This document shows, one piece after another, positions 1 to 8,658 of a stretch of DNA of 64,000 bases; the stretch's first letter is position 1; every line of letters begins with the position of its first letter. Location of the stretch: assembly GCF_003790525.1 (NCBI RefSeq), contig NZ_CP033635.1; one strand, given 5' to 3'. The position numbers and the translations under genes were made by a program. The stretch is from Escherichia coli (GTDB taxonomy: Bacteria > Pseudomonadota > Gammaproteobacteria > Enterobacterales > Enterobacteriaceae). The notes below the pieces were generated by a model. It worked only from the letters and a program-made list of their open reading frames with translations. It did no database searches and was not told where the DNA came from.

Positions 1-428
1 GCTCAATCATCCCTCCGTTTGGCATCACACTTTCGTTCTTACTGACACGGCATAAATACACCCGTGCGGAGCGCGAGGCGCTGAAAGCCGCGTTTCCGAT
101 GGGGATCTGCATGATCACTGAAGGAGTCATTCCGATCGCCGCGCGTGACCTGCTGCGAGTAGTGGGATCTTGTGTGGTGGCATCGGCGGTCGCGGGCGGC
201 TTAATCATGGTGTGGGGCGTGGAGAGTCCGGTTCCGCATGGCGGCATGTTTGTTGTGCCTCTGTTCACCCATCCTCTGCTGTTTTGCCTGGCGCTGGGTA
301 TAGGCACGGTGATTTGTGGCGTGATGCTTTCACTCTGGAAGAAACCGGTAACGGAACGCGACGAAGAGTTTGACGAACTGAGCGATCAAAAGCTGAAAGA
401 TGAAGAGATCACTTTCACCCTCGAATAA
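1..428 (+). CDS. PTS fructose-family EIIC component, C-terminal part (5' end lies outside window)
   Basis: Reading frame is open from position 3 with no stop before the first ATG at 99; hydrophobic TM-like segments and an ITEGVIPIA motif resembling the GITEPAIPFA motif of fructose-type EIIC; stop at 428. Confidence 0.55.
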   Translation, partial: SIIPPFGITLSFLLTRHKYTRAEREALKAAFPMGICMITEGVIPIAARDLLRVVGSCVVASAVAGGLIMVWGVESPVPHGGMFVVPLFTHPLLFCLALGIGTVICGVMLSLWKKPVTERDEEFDELSDQKLKDEEITFTLE

Positions 429-439
429 CCGGAGGCCCT

Positions 440-1291
440 ATGTTTGCCGATATGAAAAGTATGGTGATGAAAGCCTGGCATGAACATTACGCCTTACTGG
501 CGATCAACTGTATGAATCTGGAAAGTGCTCACGCAGCTATCCGCGTGGCGGAGAAGAATCGCGCTCCGATCATTCTCAATCTCTATCAGGGGCATCTGGC
601 GCATTTTCCAGCACCCGTCGCGGCGGCAGTGGTTAAAACGCTCGCGGAATCTGCCTCAGTACCGGTCGCTCTGGCGCTTGATCATGGCAAAAATCCGGAC
701 TGTATTCGTCAGGCGTTTCGTGCTGGTTTCAGCGGATTAATGATTGATGCTTCTGCTTTTCCCCTGGAGGAAAACGTGCGCCAGACCAGGGCGGTGGTGG
801 AACTCGCCGCCAGCGCGCAGCTCTGCGTGGAAGGCGAACTGGGCCATCTGGCAGATGCGCCGCGTTACGACCAGGCCGCCAATGCAGACCTGATGACGCA
901 ACCCACTGATGTGGAAACGTTTATCGCGCAGACAGGCATTGATCTACTGGCCGTCTCGGTAGGCACGGCGCACGGCATGTACGCGCCTGGTGTTGTACCT
1001 GCTATTGATTTTCAGCGTCTGGCGGAGATTTTCCACTGCTCGAGCGTGCCTCTGGCATTACATGGCGGTAGCGGTACGCCGTTCGATCAGCTCCAGCTCT
1101 GTACGACGCTGGGGGTAGCAAAAATCAACGTGGGGGCGGCCATTTTTGAACGGGGGAAATCCGCGCTCCTGCATACCCTCTGTCACGATATATCCATTGA
1201 ACTGGTGGACGCGCTGAAAGCTATGGAACTGGCCTTCGAAGAAGCGATTACACCGTATTTACAGGCGAGCGGCTCTATCGGCAAAGCCTGA
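440..1291 (+). CDS. class II ketose-bisphosphate aldolase family protein (GatY/KbaY-like, divergent paralog)
   Basis: 283 aa; motifs LALDHG, SVGTAHGMY, LALHGGSGTP and IDFQRLAEI match the Zn-dependent class II aldolase family; GGAGG RBS 5 bp upstream of ATG. Confidence 0.7.
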   Translation: MFADMKSMVMKAWHEHYALLAINCMNLESAHAAIRVAEKNRAPIILNLYQGHLAHFPAPVAAAVVKTLAESASVPVALALDHGKNPDCIRQAFRAGFSGLMIDASAFPLEENVRQTRAVVELAASAQLCVEGELGHLADAPRYDQAANADLMTQPTDVETFIAQTGIDLLAVSVGTAHGMYAPGVVPAIDFQRLAEIFHCSSVPLALHGGSGTPFDQLQLCTTLGVAKINVGAAIFERGKSALLHTLCHDISIELVDALKAMELAFEEAITPYLQASGSIGKA

Positions 1292-1371
1292 TTCATTTTC
1301 TGTCATGGCCTTTATGCCAGTGCAATAACGCACCGGCAGGGCGGACTACACGCTGAAACTGGAGATTTAAC

Positions 1372-2232
1372 ATGTTAGTTTCGATGAAAGAATTACTGCA
1401 ACCTACCCGCCAGCACGGCTTTGCCATTGGCGCATTTAATGTGGCGGATAACTGTTTCCTTCGCGCAGTCGTGGATGAAGCAGAAGCGACAAATACTCCG
1501 GCGATTATTGCCATCCATCCCAGCGAACATGATTTTGTGGGCGATGCCTTTTTCGCTCACGTTCGCGAAATTACCCAGCGTAGTCCGGTCCCGTTTGTAC
1601 TGCACCTCGATCATGGTGCCTCTGTAGAGCATGTTTTGCGTGCGATTCGCTGCGGATTTACCTCAGTAATGATCGACGGTTCGCTGCTGCCGTATGAAGA
1701 AAACGTGGCGCTGACCGCAGAAGTGGTTCGCCTCGCTCACGCGGTTGGAGTGTCGGTTGAGGGTGAACTGGGAACCATCGGACAAACAGGAACGTCGGTA
1801 GAAGGTGGTGTTTCACAAGTGACCTACACAGATCCGGCGCAGGCCGCCGATTTTATTGCTCGTACAGGTGCCGACACTCTGGCTGTGGCGATTGGTACAG
1901 CGCATGGCATCTATCCAAAAGGGATGCAGCCGAAGCTGCAAATGGACATTTTGCGCGACATTGCCGGACGTATTGATATTCCGCTGGTGCTACACGGTGG
2001 TTCGGCAAACCCGGACGCGGAGATTGCTGAATCAGTTACGCTCGGCGTCGGCAAAATCAATATCTCCAGCGATATGAAATACGCCTATTTCCAGAAAGTG
2101 CGTGAAATTCTCGCTAAAGAGAGCTGGTGGGACCCGAACGTCATCTATCCGGATGCGATTAACGCGGCGCGGGAAGTCATTCGCCAGAAAATGAAACTGT
2201 TCGGTTCGATCGGTAAAGCGTCACTGTACTAA
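1372..2232 (+). CDS. class II ketose-bisphosphate aldolase (GatY/KbaY/FbaA family)
   Basis: 286 aa; canonical LHLDHG, AIGTAHG, LVLHGGS motifs; same C-terminal GSIGKA as the upstream paralog. Confidence 0.75.
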   Translation: MLVSMKELLQPTRQHGFAIGAFNVADNCFLRAVVDEAEATNTPAIIAIHPSEHDFVGDAFFAHVREITQRSPVPFVLHLDHGASVEHVLRAIRCGFTSVMIDGSLLPYEENVALTAEVVRLAHAVGVSVEGELGTIGQTGTSVEGGVSQVTYTDPAQAADFIARTGADTLAVAIGTAHGIYPKGMQPKLQMDILRDIAGRIDIPLVLHGGSANPDAEIAESVTLGVGKINISSDMKYAYFQKVREILAKESWWDPNVIYPDAINAAREVIRQKMKLFGSIGKASLY

Positions 2233-2279
2233 GCCAGAAGGGCGGGGCAACCCGCCTTTTACGCAACAAGGAACGAGAT

Positions 2280-3212
2280 ATGCACTATCTGGGGTTGGAT
2301 ATTGGTGGGACCAAAATCGCCGCCGTCGTCATGGATGCGCATGGCTGGGAGATTCGCCGTTACCGCTGCCCGACGCAAAAGTCGACATATCAACAATTTG
2401 TCTCATGCGTTGTGGCGCTTATCGAGCAGATTAGGCGGGACGTTCAACGACCGATGCTGACAGGGATCGCCTTACCCGGCAGTATCTCGCCACTCACTGG
2501 CCTGATTAAAAACGCGAATATTCAGGTGATTAACGGTCATGCGTTACAGGCTGATTTGCAGCAATTGCTTGGGCAACCGGTGGTGATAGCCAATGATGGT
2601 AACTGTTTCGCGCTATCAGAAGCTTGCGACGGTGCCGGGCAAGATTATGACGTGGTATTTGGTATTACGCTTGGTTCGGGCTGCGGCGGTGGCATTGCCA
2701 TCAAGCAACGACCGTTTATAGGGGCCTGGGGAAATGCTGCCGAATGCGGTCATATCACGTTGCCAGGCTATATGGAGCAGGAAGATGGTCCATCAGTCAG
2801 TTGCTATTGCGGCAAACACAACTGCGTGGAGTCGTTTGTTTCCGGCAGCGGTTTTAGTGAACGCTATCAACAGATGACTGGTAACTTGCTCACTCCTGCG
2901 GCGATTGTCACCCTGGCACAACGTGGTGATGCTTGTGCCATGCAGCAGGTGGCACGTTTTCGCCAACAGCTTGCCCGCACGCTGGCAACCATCGTTAACG
3001 TTGTTGACCCTGGCGTGATTGTCATCGGCGGCGGGCTTTCGAATGTGGAACTGCTTATCGCCGATCTGAACACAGAAGTCGCTCCTCTGGTTTTCACCGA
3101 CCAATTCACCACCCCCATTGTAAAAGCACTGCACGGCGACAGTAGCGGAATGCGTGGCGCTGCCTGGCTTGCTATGCGCAACGGAGAAGCCAATGAAACG
3201 TTCACAAATTAA
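2280..3212 (+). CDS. ROK-family sugar kinase (NagK-like, no HTH domain)
   Basis: 310 aa; N-terminal LGLDIGGTK ATP-binding motif, ANDGNCFALSEA, and zinc motif CYCGKHNCVE typical of ROK kinases; architecture collinear with NagK. Confidence 0.75.
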   Translation: MHYLGLDIGGTKIAAVVMDAHGWEIRRYRCPTQKSTYQQFVSCVVALIEQIRRDVQRPMLTGIALPGSISPLTGLIKNANIQVINGHALQADLQQLLGQPVVIANDGNCFALSEACDGAGQDYDVVFGITLGSGCGGGIAIKQRPFIGAWGNAAECGHITLPGYMEQEDGPSVSCYCGKHNCVESFVSGSGFSERYQQMTGNLLTPAAIVTLAQRGDACAMQQVARFRQQLARTLATIVNVVDPGVIVIGGGLSNVELLIADLNTEVAPLVFTDQFTTPIVKALHGDSSGMRGAAWLAMRNGEANETFTN

Positions 3213-3873
3213 TTATGTTATTGATAAAGCACATGCCATTGCGCAGACCTTCCGCGTTTGTTTGCCAGAGTTCGCCTATTTTACGGTGGATGACTGGCTG
3301 CAGCTGGAACGGGATAACTGGCAAGAAGTGGTCGACTTACAGCTCGGTTGGGATATCACCGATTTTGGTCGTGGTGATTTCAACCAAACGGGACTAACAC
3401 TGCTAACGATGCGCAACGGCGCGCTGGGGGCGGCGGCATATCCAAAACCGTATGCTGAGAAAATGTTGCAGATCCAACAAGATCAGCAAACTCCCTGGCA
3501 TTTTCACACCCACAAAATGGAAGATATCCTCAATCGGGGCGGTGGAGACTTATGCATGCAGTTGGCCTGGGCCAACGAAGCCAATCTCTGTGATGATCAA
3601 CGAGTCATTACCGTGAGTGTTGATGGTCAGCGGCGTACCATGAAACCTGGTGAAACGCTGGTGCTAAAGCCGGGGCAGGGCATTTGCCTGCCGCCGCGTC
3701 TGTATCATCGCTTCTGGGCGGAAAAAGCGTTTGTTCTCGGCTGGGAAATCTCGATGGTAAATGATGACCAACACGATAACTATTTTCTTGAGCCGGGAGG
3801 ACGTTTTCCGGCGATAGAAGAAGATGAACCGGTGAAATGGTTATTGTGCAGTGAGTATGGAATTTTGCGCTAA
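3193..3873 (+). CDS. cupin-type D-lyxose/D-mannose isomerase family protein
   Basis: About 226 aa from ATG 3193 (ORF track frame opens at 3154); similarity by recall to the characterised E. coli O157 D-lyxose isomerase (Z5688) and B. subtilis YdaE; start overlaps the upstream kinase stop by 20 bp. Confidence 0.6.
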   Translation: MKRSQINYVIDKAHAIAQTFRVCLPEFAYFTVDDWLQLERDNWQEVVDLQLGWDITDFGRGDFNQTGLTLLTMRNGALGAAAYPKPYAEKMLQIQQDQQTPWHFHTHKMEDILNRGGGDLCMQLAWANEANLCDDQRVITVSVDGQRRTMKPGETLVLKPGQGICLPPRLYHRFWAEKAFVLGWEISMVNDDQHDNYFLEPGGRFPAIEEDEPVKWLLCSEYGILR

Positions 3874-3882
3874 TAACGGGGA

Positions 3883-3918
3883 ACGCTAGCGCTGATATCC
3901 GCTAGCGTCCTTATTTTT
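3883..3918 (+). terminator. Rho-independent terminator closing the sugar operon
   Basis: Perfect 9-bp inverted repeat ACGCTAGCG / CGCTAGCGT with 8-nt loop followed by CCTTATTTTT. Confidence 0.6.
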
Positions 3919-5626
3919 ACTGCACCGACTCCGTCGACGTAACTTCACCACTGGAAACTACGCCCGCATTCATGGTTTGAGTCACTTGCTGCTTTGCGGC
4001 ATTCACGGCATGCAATTGCCCGCTAACCGTAGGTTTCAGCGGGATATTGGCCTGAATATTGCCGCTGGCGGTAAGCTGAATATTGCCGTCGCCAGTCAAC
4101 GGTAATTCAGGCCATCCCCACTGTTGCAAAATATTCACCGGCACACCGCGTCCATTCAGGCTGATATGGGTCTGACGTTGTGGCGTTTGTGAAACACTGG
4201 CGGTGGCTTCCAGAATGCCTTTTTCAGTAAATGCACTCAGTTCGCTGATATTCACCGTGCTGCTGTTGGCGGTCAGCGCCAGCGATGGGCGACGAACATC
4301 AACACGATTGAATGTCGCGGCGGCGGCATTCAGATTCGCCGAACCACTCCAGACGCCCCATTTATGATCGGTAACCAGCGTCAGGTTGGCACCGTAACCA
4401 TCGAGCGCGGTGAGCTGCCACGGGAAGTCAGGGTCGATATCAATGATCAGATTGCGGCTGGCGCTAAATCTCTTCAGTTGCAGGCTGTTTAACCAACCGG
4501 GTGTCGTTTCCATCCACAACTGTTGCCAGTTTTTTGGCAAGGTATATTCCAGTCCGGCAATTGCCGCATCATCGAGGATCAACATTTTCCCGTCACGCAA
4601 CCAGTTCCCTGACGTTCTGACCATGCCCCCTTCCCAGCGGCTGGTGAACTGGCGCAGTGCTACGCCCTGCGGGGAAAATTCCGCGTTTATAATCGGATCA
4701 AATAAATGCAGCGAGCCATAAATAAACTCGCTGGCGTTCATCGACAGTTTACCTTCCTGTGTCTGCCAGTCATCTTTACTGAAGGTCATGTTGCGCAAGC
4801 TGAGATCGAGGTCGGTCACCGCCCAGTCCGGACCTTGCAAACGAGCGTCGATGACTTCCAGGCGACCAATCTGCAACGACGGGACAGAGCGTAATGGCGC
4901 AAAGAAGTCGGTTAGCGATTTTTCGCTTTGTAGACGGATATCCGCCATGCGCAGGTTTTCCACTTGCCAGCTGCCGTCAGCGTTACGCTGCGCGTTTCCG
5001 GTTAATGTCCCGCGGGCGATGTCGGCACCCAGGTTAGTCAGCGTAACGCGATCGTTATCAATACTGCCTTCAATCAGTACATTGGTGGCAGGAACATCAT
5101 TGAGCGAAAGCGATCCGGCACTAAACTGAATCTGCGCCTTCGTACCCAGCACTTTACCGGCTTCTGGTGACCAAGGAACCACGCCGCCATTTACCCGCTG
5201 CGCGCTCAGTTTCCATTCGCTATTCGGGCTATTAAACGCCATATCACGTAGTTGCAGACGATCGGCTTTGAACGGTAGCGGCGCGGTCTGGTCGGTGAGA
5301 TTCAGCGTCCCGTTTTCCAGCAGGATGGTATCGACATGGCGTGGTTCGGTCAGTTGCCGACTGCTTAGCGCAATGTCGACACTTTTTGCCACCAGGGTCG
5401 CGGGCTGGCCATCACGGCCAAACGTGACGTTCTCCAGCACGATATGAGATGGCGCGGAAAAACGGTGATCCATCGCCCCGAAGGCCAGATGATAGTCGCT
5501 ATTCTCGGAAACCCATGCGCTGATATGTTCTGCTCCCCAGCGAGTTTGCAGCAGAAAATAGAGGCCAGCGATCACCACTAACAGAGCGATGAGAATGTAG
5601 AGAAGCAGCTTCCCAATAAATTTCAT
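3917..5626 (-). CDS. yicH: AsmA-family outer membrane biogenesis protein YicH
   Basis: 569 aa from MKFIGKLLLYILIALLVV; N-terminal TM anchor; position next to xanP as in K-12. Confidence 0.8.
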   Translation of the reverse strand: MKFIGKLLLYILIALLVVIAGLYFLLQTRWGAEHISAWVSENSDYHLAFGAMDHRFSAPSHIVLENVTFGRDGQPATLVAKSVDIALSSRQLTEPRHVDTILLENGTLNLTDQTAPLPFKADRLQLRDMAFNSPNSEWKLSAQRVNGGVVPWSPEAGKVLGTKAQIQFSAGSLSLNDVPATNVLIEGSIDNDRVTLTNLGADIARGTLTGNAQRNADGSWQVENLRMADIRLQSEKSLTDFFAPLRSVPSLQIGRLEVIDARLQGPDWAVTDLDLSLRNMTFSKDDWQTQEGKLSMNASEFIYGSLHLFDPIINAEFSPQGVALRQFTSRWEGGMVRTSGNWLRDGKMLILDDAAIAGLEYTLPKNWQQLWMETTPGWLNSLQLKRFSASRNLIIDIDPDFPWQLTALDGYGANLTLVTDHKWGVWSGSANLNAAAATFNRVDVRRPSLALTANSSTVNISELSAFTEKGILEATASVSQTPQRQTHISLNGRGVPVNILQQWGWPELPLTGDGNIQLTASGNIQANIPLKPTVSGQLHAVNAAKQQVTQTMNAGVVSSGEVTSTESVQ

Positions 5627-5746
5627 GGTCTTCCATCCCGTGAAATGCACATAAGGGAGTTATGCACGATTTACGCGCAATCCTCAAGGCGGGAATGGTG
5701 AAAGAGGTGAGACTGCGGCGGTAATTATCTTACCGCCGCCAGTGAA

Positions 5747-7138
5747 TTACTGTTTTTCTGGTGGGAAAATCAGATTCAGCACGATGGCAGTAATACCGCC
5801 CGCGGCGATCCCGGAGGAGAGCAGGTTTTTCAGCCATTCAGGGGCAAACTGCAAAATCAGCGGCTGCTGAGACACGCCCAGACCAACCGCCAGCGACAGC
5901 GCGATAATCAGAATCGCCCGACGGTTCAGCGGCTCACGAGACACAATGCGCACACCGGAGGCAGCGATGGTGCCAAACATTACAAGCGTTGCGCCGCCCA
6001 GAACCGGTTCTGGAATGTGTTGCACAAAACCGCTCACTGCCGGGAACAGACCCAGCACGATCAACATCAGCGCGACGACAAAACCGACATAGCGGCTGGC
6101 AACACCGGTTAACTGGATCACCCCGTTGTTCTGCCCGAAGCAGGAGTTCGGGAAGGTATTAAATACCGCCGAGACAAACGAGTTCAGGCCGTTTGCCAGC
6201 ACGCCGCCTTTCAGGCGTTTCATGTACAGCGGACCGGAAACCGGCTGTTCGGAAACGTCAGAGGTCGCCGTGATATCGCCAATGGTTTCCAGCGAAGTGA
6301 TCATAAAGACCAGCATCAGCGGCAGCAGCAGACTCCATTCAATGCCAAGACCGTAATAGAGCGGCGTTGGCACCATAATCAGTTCTTGCGTCATCGGTTC
6401 GTTGCTTTCTGGCAACATGTCCATAAACCACGCCAGCGCATATCCGGCCGCCATCGCAATCACCAGTGAGGCCACGCGTAAGTAAGGGTTACGTTGACGG
6501 TTAAGCAGGATAATTAAGGCTAAGACCACGCCTGCCAGCAGCAGATTTTTCGGTGCGCCGAAGGTGTTATCGCTCATGGCTGCGTAACCGCCGCCAATGG
6601 AGGTCAGCCCCACCTGAATTAGCGACAGGCCGATAATCATCACCACAACGCCAGAAACCAGCGGCGTAATAATGCGGCGCGCCAGATGCAGAACGCGGGA
6701 GATCACCATCTCGGTACAACTTGCCAGCATCAACGTGCCGAACAAAGCCGCCATCATGGTAGGAACATCAGCACCACCGGTCTTCAGCGCTGTGCCGCCC
6801 ATAATCAGCGGAGCAACAAAGTTGAAGCTGGTGCCCTGAATAGACAACAACCCGGAGCCAACCGGACCCCAGGCCTTAATTTGAATAATCGATGCCACAC
6901 CGGAGGCAAACAGCGACATACTAATAATGTGTTGCGTGTCTTGTGCCGGTAAACCCAGCGCCTGGCAGATTAATAGCGCTGGCGTGATCACCGCAACGAA
7001 CATCGCCAGCAAATGCTGACATGCGGCAAACAGGGTTTGAGGAAGCGGCGGACGATCTTCAAGACGGTAAATCAGTTCGCTGTTTTGAGTCTGCGCAACC
7101 GGTTGCGCATTTTCTGACTCGAGGGTGGAAACAGACAT
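5747..7138 (-). CDS. xanP: xanthine:H+ symporter (NCS2 family)
   Basis: 463 aa from [14 protein letters not shown]; polytopic membrane protein; matches recalled XanP/YicE sequence. Confidence 0.85.
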   Translation of the reverse strand: MSVSTLESENAQPVAQTQNSELIYRLEDRPPLPQTLFAACQHLLAMFVAVITPALLICQALGLPAQDTQHIISMSLFASGVASIIQIKAWGPVGSGLLSIQGTSFNFVAPLIMGGTALKTGGADVPTMMAALFGTLMLASCTEMVISRVLHLARRIITPLVSGVVVMIIGLSLIQVGLTSIGGGYAAMSDNTFGAPKNLLLAGVVLALIILLNRQRNPYLRVASLVIAMAAGYALAWFMDMLPESNEPMTQELIMVPTPLYYGLGIEWSLLLPLMLVFMITSLETIGDITATSDVSEQPVSGPLYMKRLKGGVLANGLNSFVSAVFNTFPNSCFGQNNGVIQLTGVASRYVGFVVALMLIVLGLFPAVSGFVQHIPEPVLGGATLVMFGTIAASGVRIVSREPLNRRAILIIALSLAVGLGVSQQPLILQFAPEWLKNLLSSGIAAGGITAIVLNLIFPPEKQ

Positions 7139-7417
7139 CGAAAACAATCCCGTGGTAGCAAAGCGGGCATTTTAGCTGACCGAAAGAGAAAAGCAAACGT
7201 TTGCTACATCCTCGTTTAAATATTTAAATGAGATAAATGTACTTTTTTATATAACTTTTAGTTGTTTTCTGCTTAAAATCCATGCCATTTTTCTATTTTC
7301 AGCGAAGAATTCGAACCAGGAAAGCATGACTCGATACTCGTCATATTTCGCCTTACTGCAAATGCGCGATGAAGTATGACGAGTATGAAAGAGTGATGCG
7401 GACACAAAGGAGTAACT

Positions 7418-8623
7418 ATGTTTCATCTCGATACTTTAGCAACGCTTGTTGCCGCAACGCTGACGTTGCTGCTCGGGCGCAAGTTGGTCCATTCCGTCTC
7501 CTTTTTGAAGAAATACACCATACCGGAACCTGTTGCGGGTGGTTTATTAGTGGCGCTGGCGCTGCTGATACTGAAAAAAAGCATGGGCTGGGAAGTCAAC
7601 TTTGATATGTCCCTGCGCGATCCGTTGATGCTGGCTTTCTTCGCCACCATTGGCCTGAACGCCAACATTGCCAGTTTGCGTGCCGGTGGGCGTGTGGTTG
7701 GCATCTTCTTGATTGTGGTTGTTGGCCTGTTGGTGATGCAAAATGCCATTGGCATTGGTATGGCTAGCCTGTTAGGGCTTGATCCGCTGATGGGGCTGTT
7801 GGCCGGTTCTATTACGCTTTCCGGCGGTCACGGTACGGGAGCTGCATGGAGTAAATTGTTCATTGAACGTTATGGCTTCACCAATGCGACAGAAGTGGCG
7901 ATGGCCTGTGCAACGTTCGGTTTGGTGCTGGGCGGCTTGATTGGCGGTCCGGTGGCACGCTATCTGGTGAAACACTCCACCACACCGAACGGTATTCCGG
8001 ATGACCAGGAAGTTCCGACCGCGTTCGAAAAGCCGGATGTGGGCCGCATGATCACCTCGCTGGTGTTGATTGAAACTATCGCGCTGATTGCTATCTGCCT
8101 GACGGTGGGGAAAATTGTTGCGCAACTTTTGGCTGGTACTGCTTTTGAACTACCGACCTTCGTCTGTGTACTATTTGTTGGCGTGATTCTGAGCAACGGT
8201 CTGTCAATGATGGGCTTTTACCGCGTCTTTGAGCGAGCGGTATCCGTGCTGGGTAACGTAAGCCTGTCGTTGTTCCTGGCGATGGCGTTGATGGGGCTGA
8301 AACTGTGGGAGCTGGCTTCGCTGGCGCTGCCGATGCTGGCGATTCTGGTGGTACAGACCATCTTCATGGCGTTGTATGCCATCTTCGTTACCTGGCGCAT
8401 GATGGGCAAAAACTACGATGCGGCAGTGCTGGCTGCGGGTCACTGTGGCTTTGGCCTTGGCGCAACGCCAACAGCAATCGCCAACATGCAGGCGATCACT
8501 GAACGCTTTGGCCCGTCGCACATGGCGTTCCTGGTAGTGCCGATGGTCGGTGCGTTCTTTATCGATATCGTCAATGCGCTGGTGATTAAGCTGTATTTGA
8601 TGTTGCCGATTTTTGCCGGTTAA
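7418..8623 (+). CDS. gltS: sodium/glutamate symporter
   Basis: 401 aa polytopic membrane protein matching GltS; synteny xanP-gltS-recG. Confidence 0.85.
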   Translation: MFHLDTLATLVAATLTLLLGRKLVHSVSFLKKYTIPEPVAGGLLVALALLILKKSMGWEVNFDMSLRDPLMLAFFATIGLNANIASLRAGGRVVGIFLIVVVGLLVMQNAIGIGMASLLGLDPLMGLLAGSITLSGGHGTGAAWSKLFIERYGFTNATEVAMACATFGLVLGGLIGGPVARYLVKHSTTPNGIPDDQEVPTAFEKPDVGRMITSLVLIETIALIAICLTVGKIVAQLLAGTAFELPTFVCVLFVGVILSNGLSMMGFYRVFERAVSVLGNVSLSLFLAMALMGLKLWELASLALPMLAILVVQTIFMALYAIFVTWRMMGKNYDAAVLAAGHCGFGLGATPTAIANMQAITERFGPSHMAFLVVPMVGAFFIDIVNALVIKLYLMLPIFAG

Positions 8624-8631
8624 CCGATGAA

Positions 8632-8658
8632 GCGGCGGTATTCTCACCGCCGCCTTTT
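8632..8658. terminator. bidirectional Rho-independent terminator between convergent gltS and recG
   Basis: GCGGCGGT-attctc-ACCGCCGC hairpin followed by TTTTAC. Confidence 0.6.
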
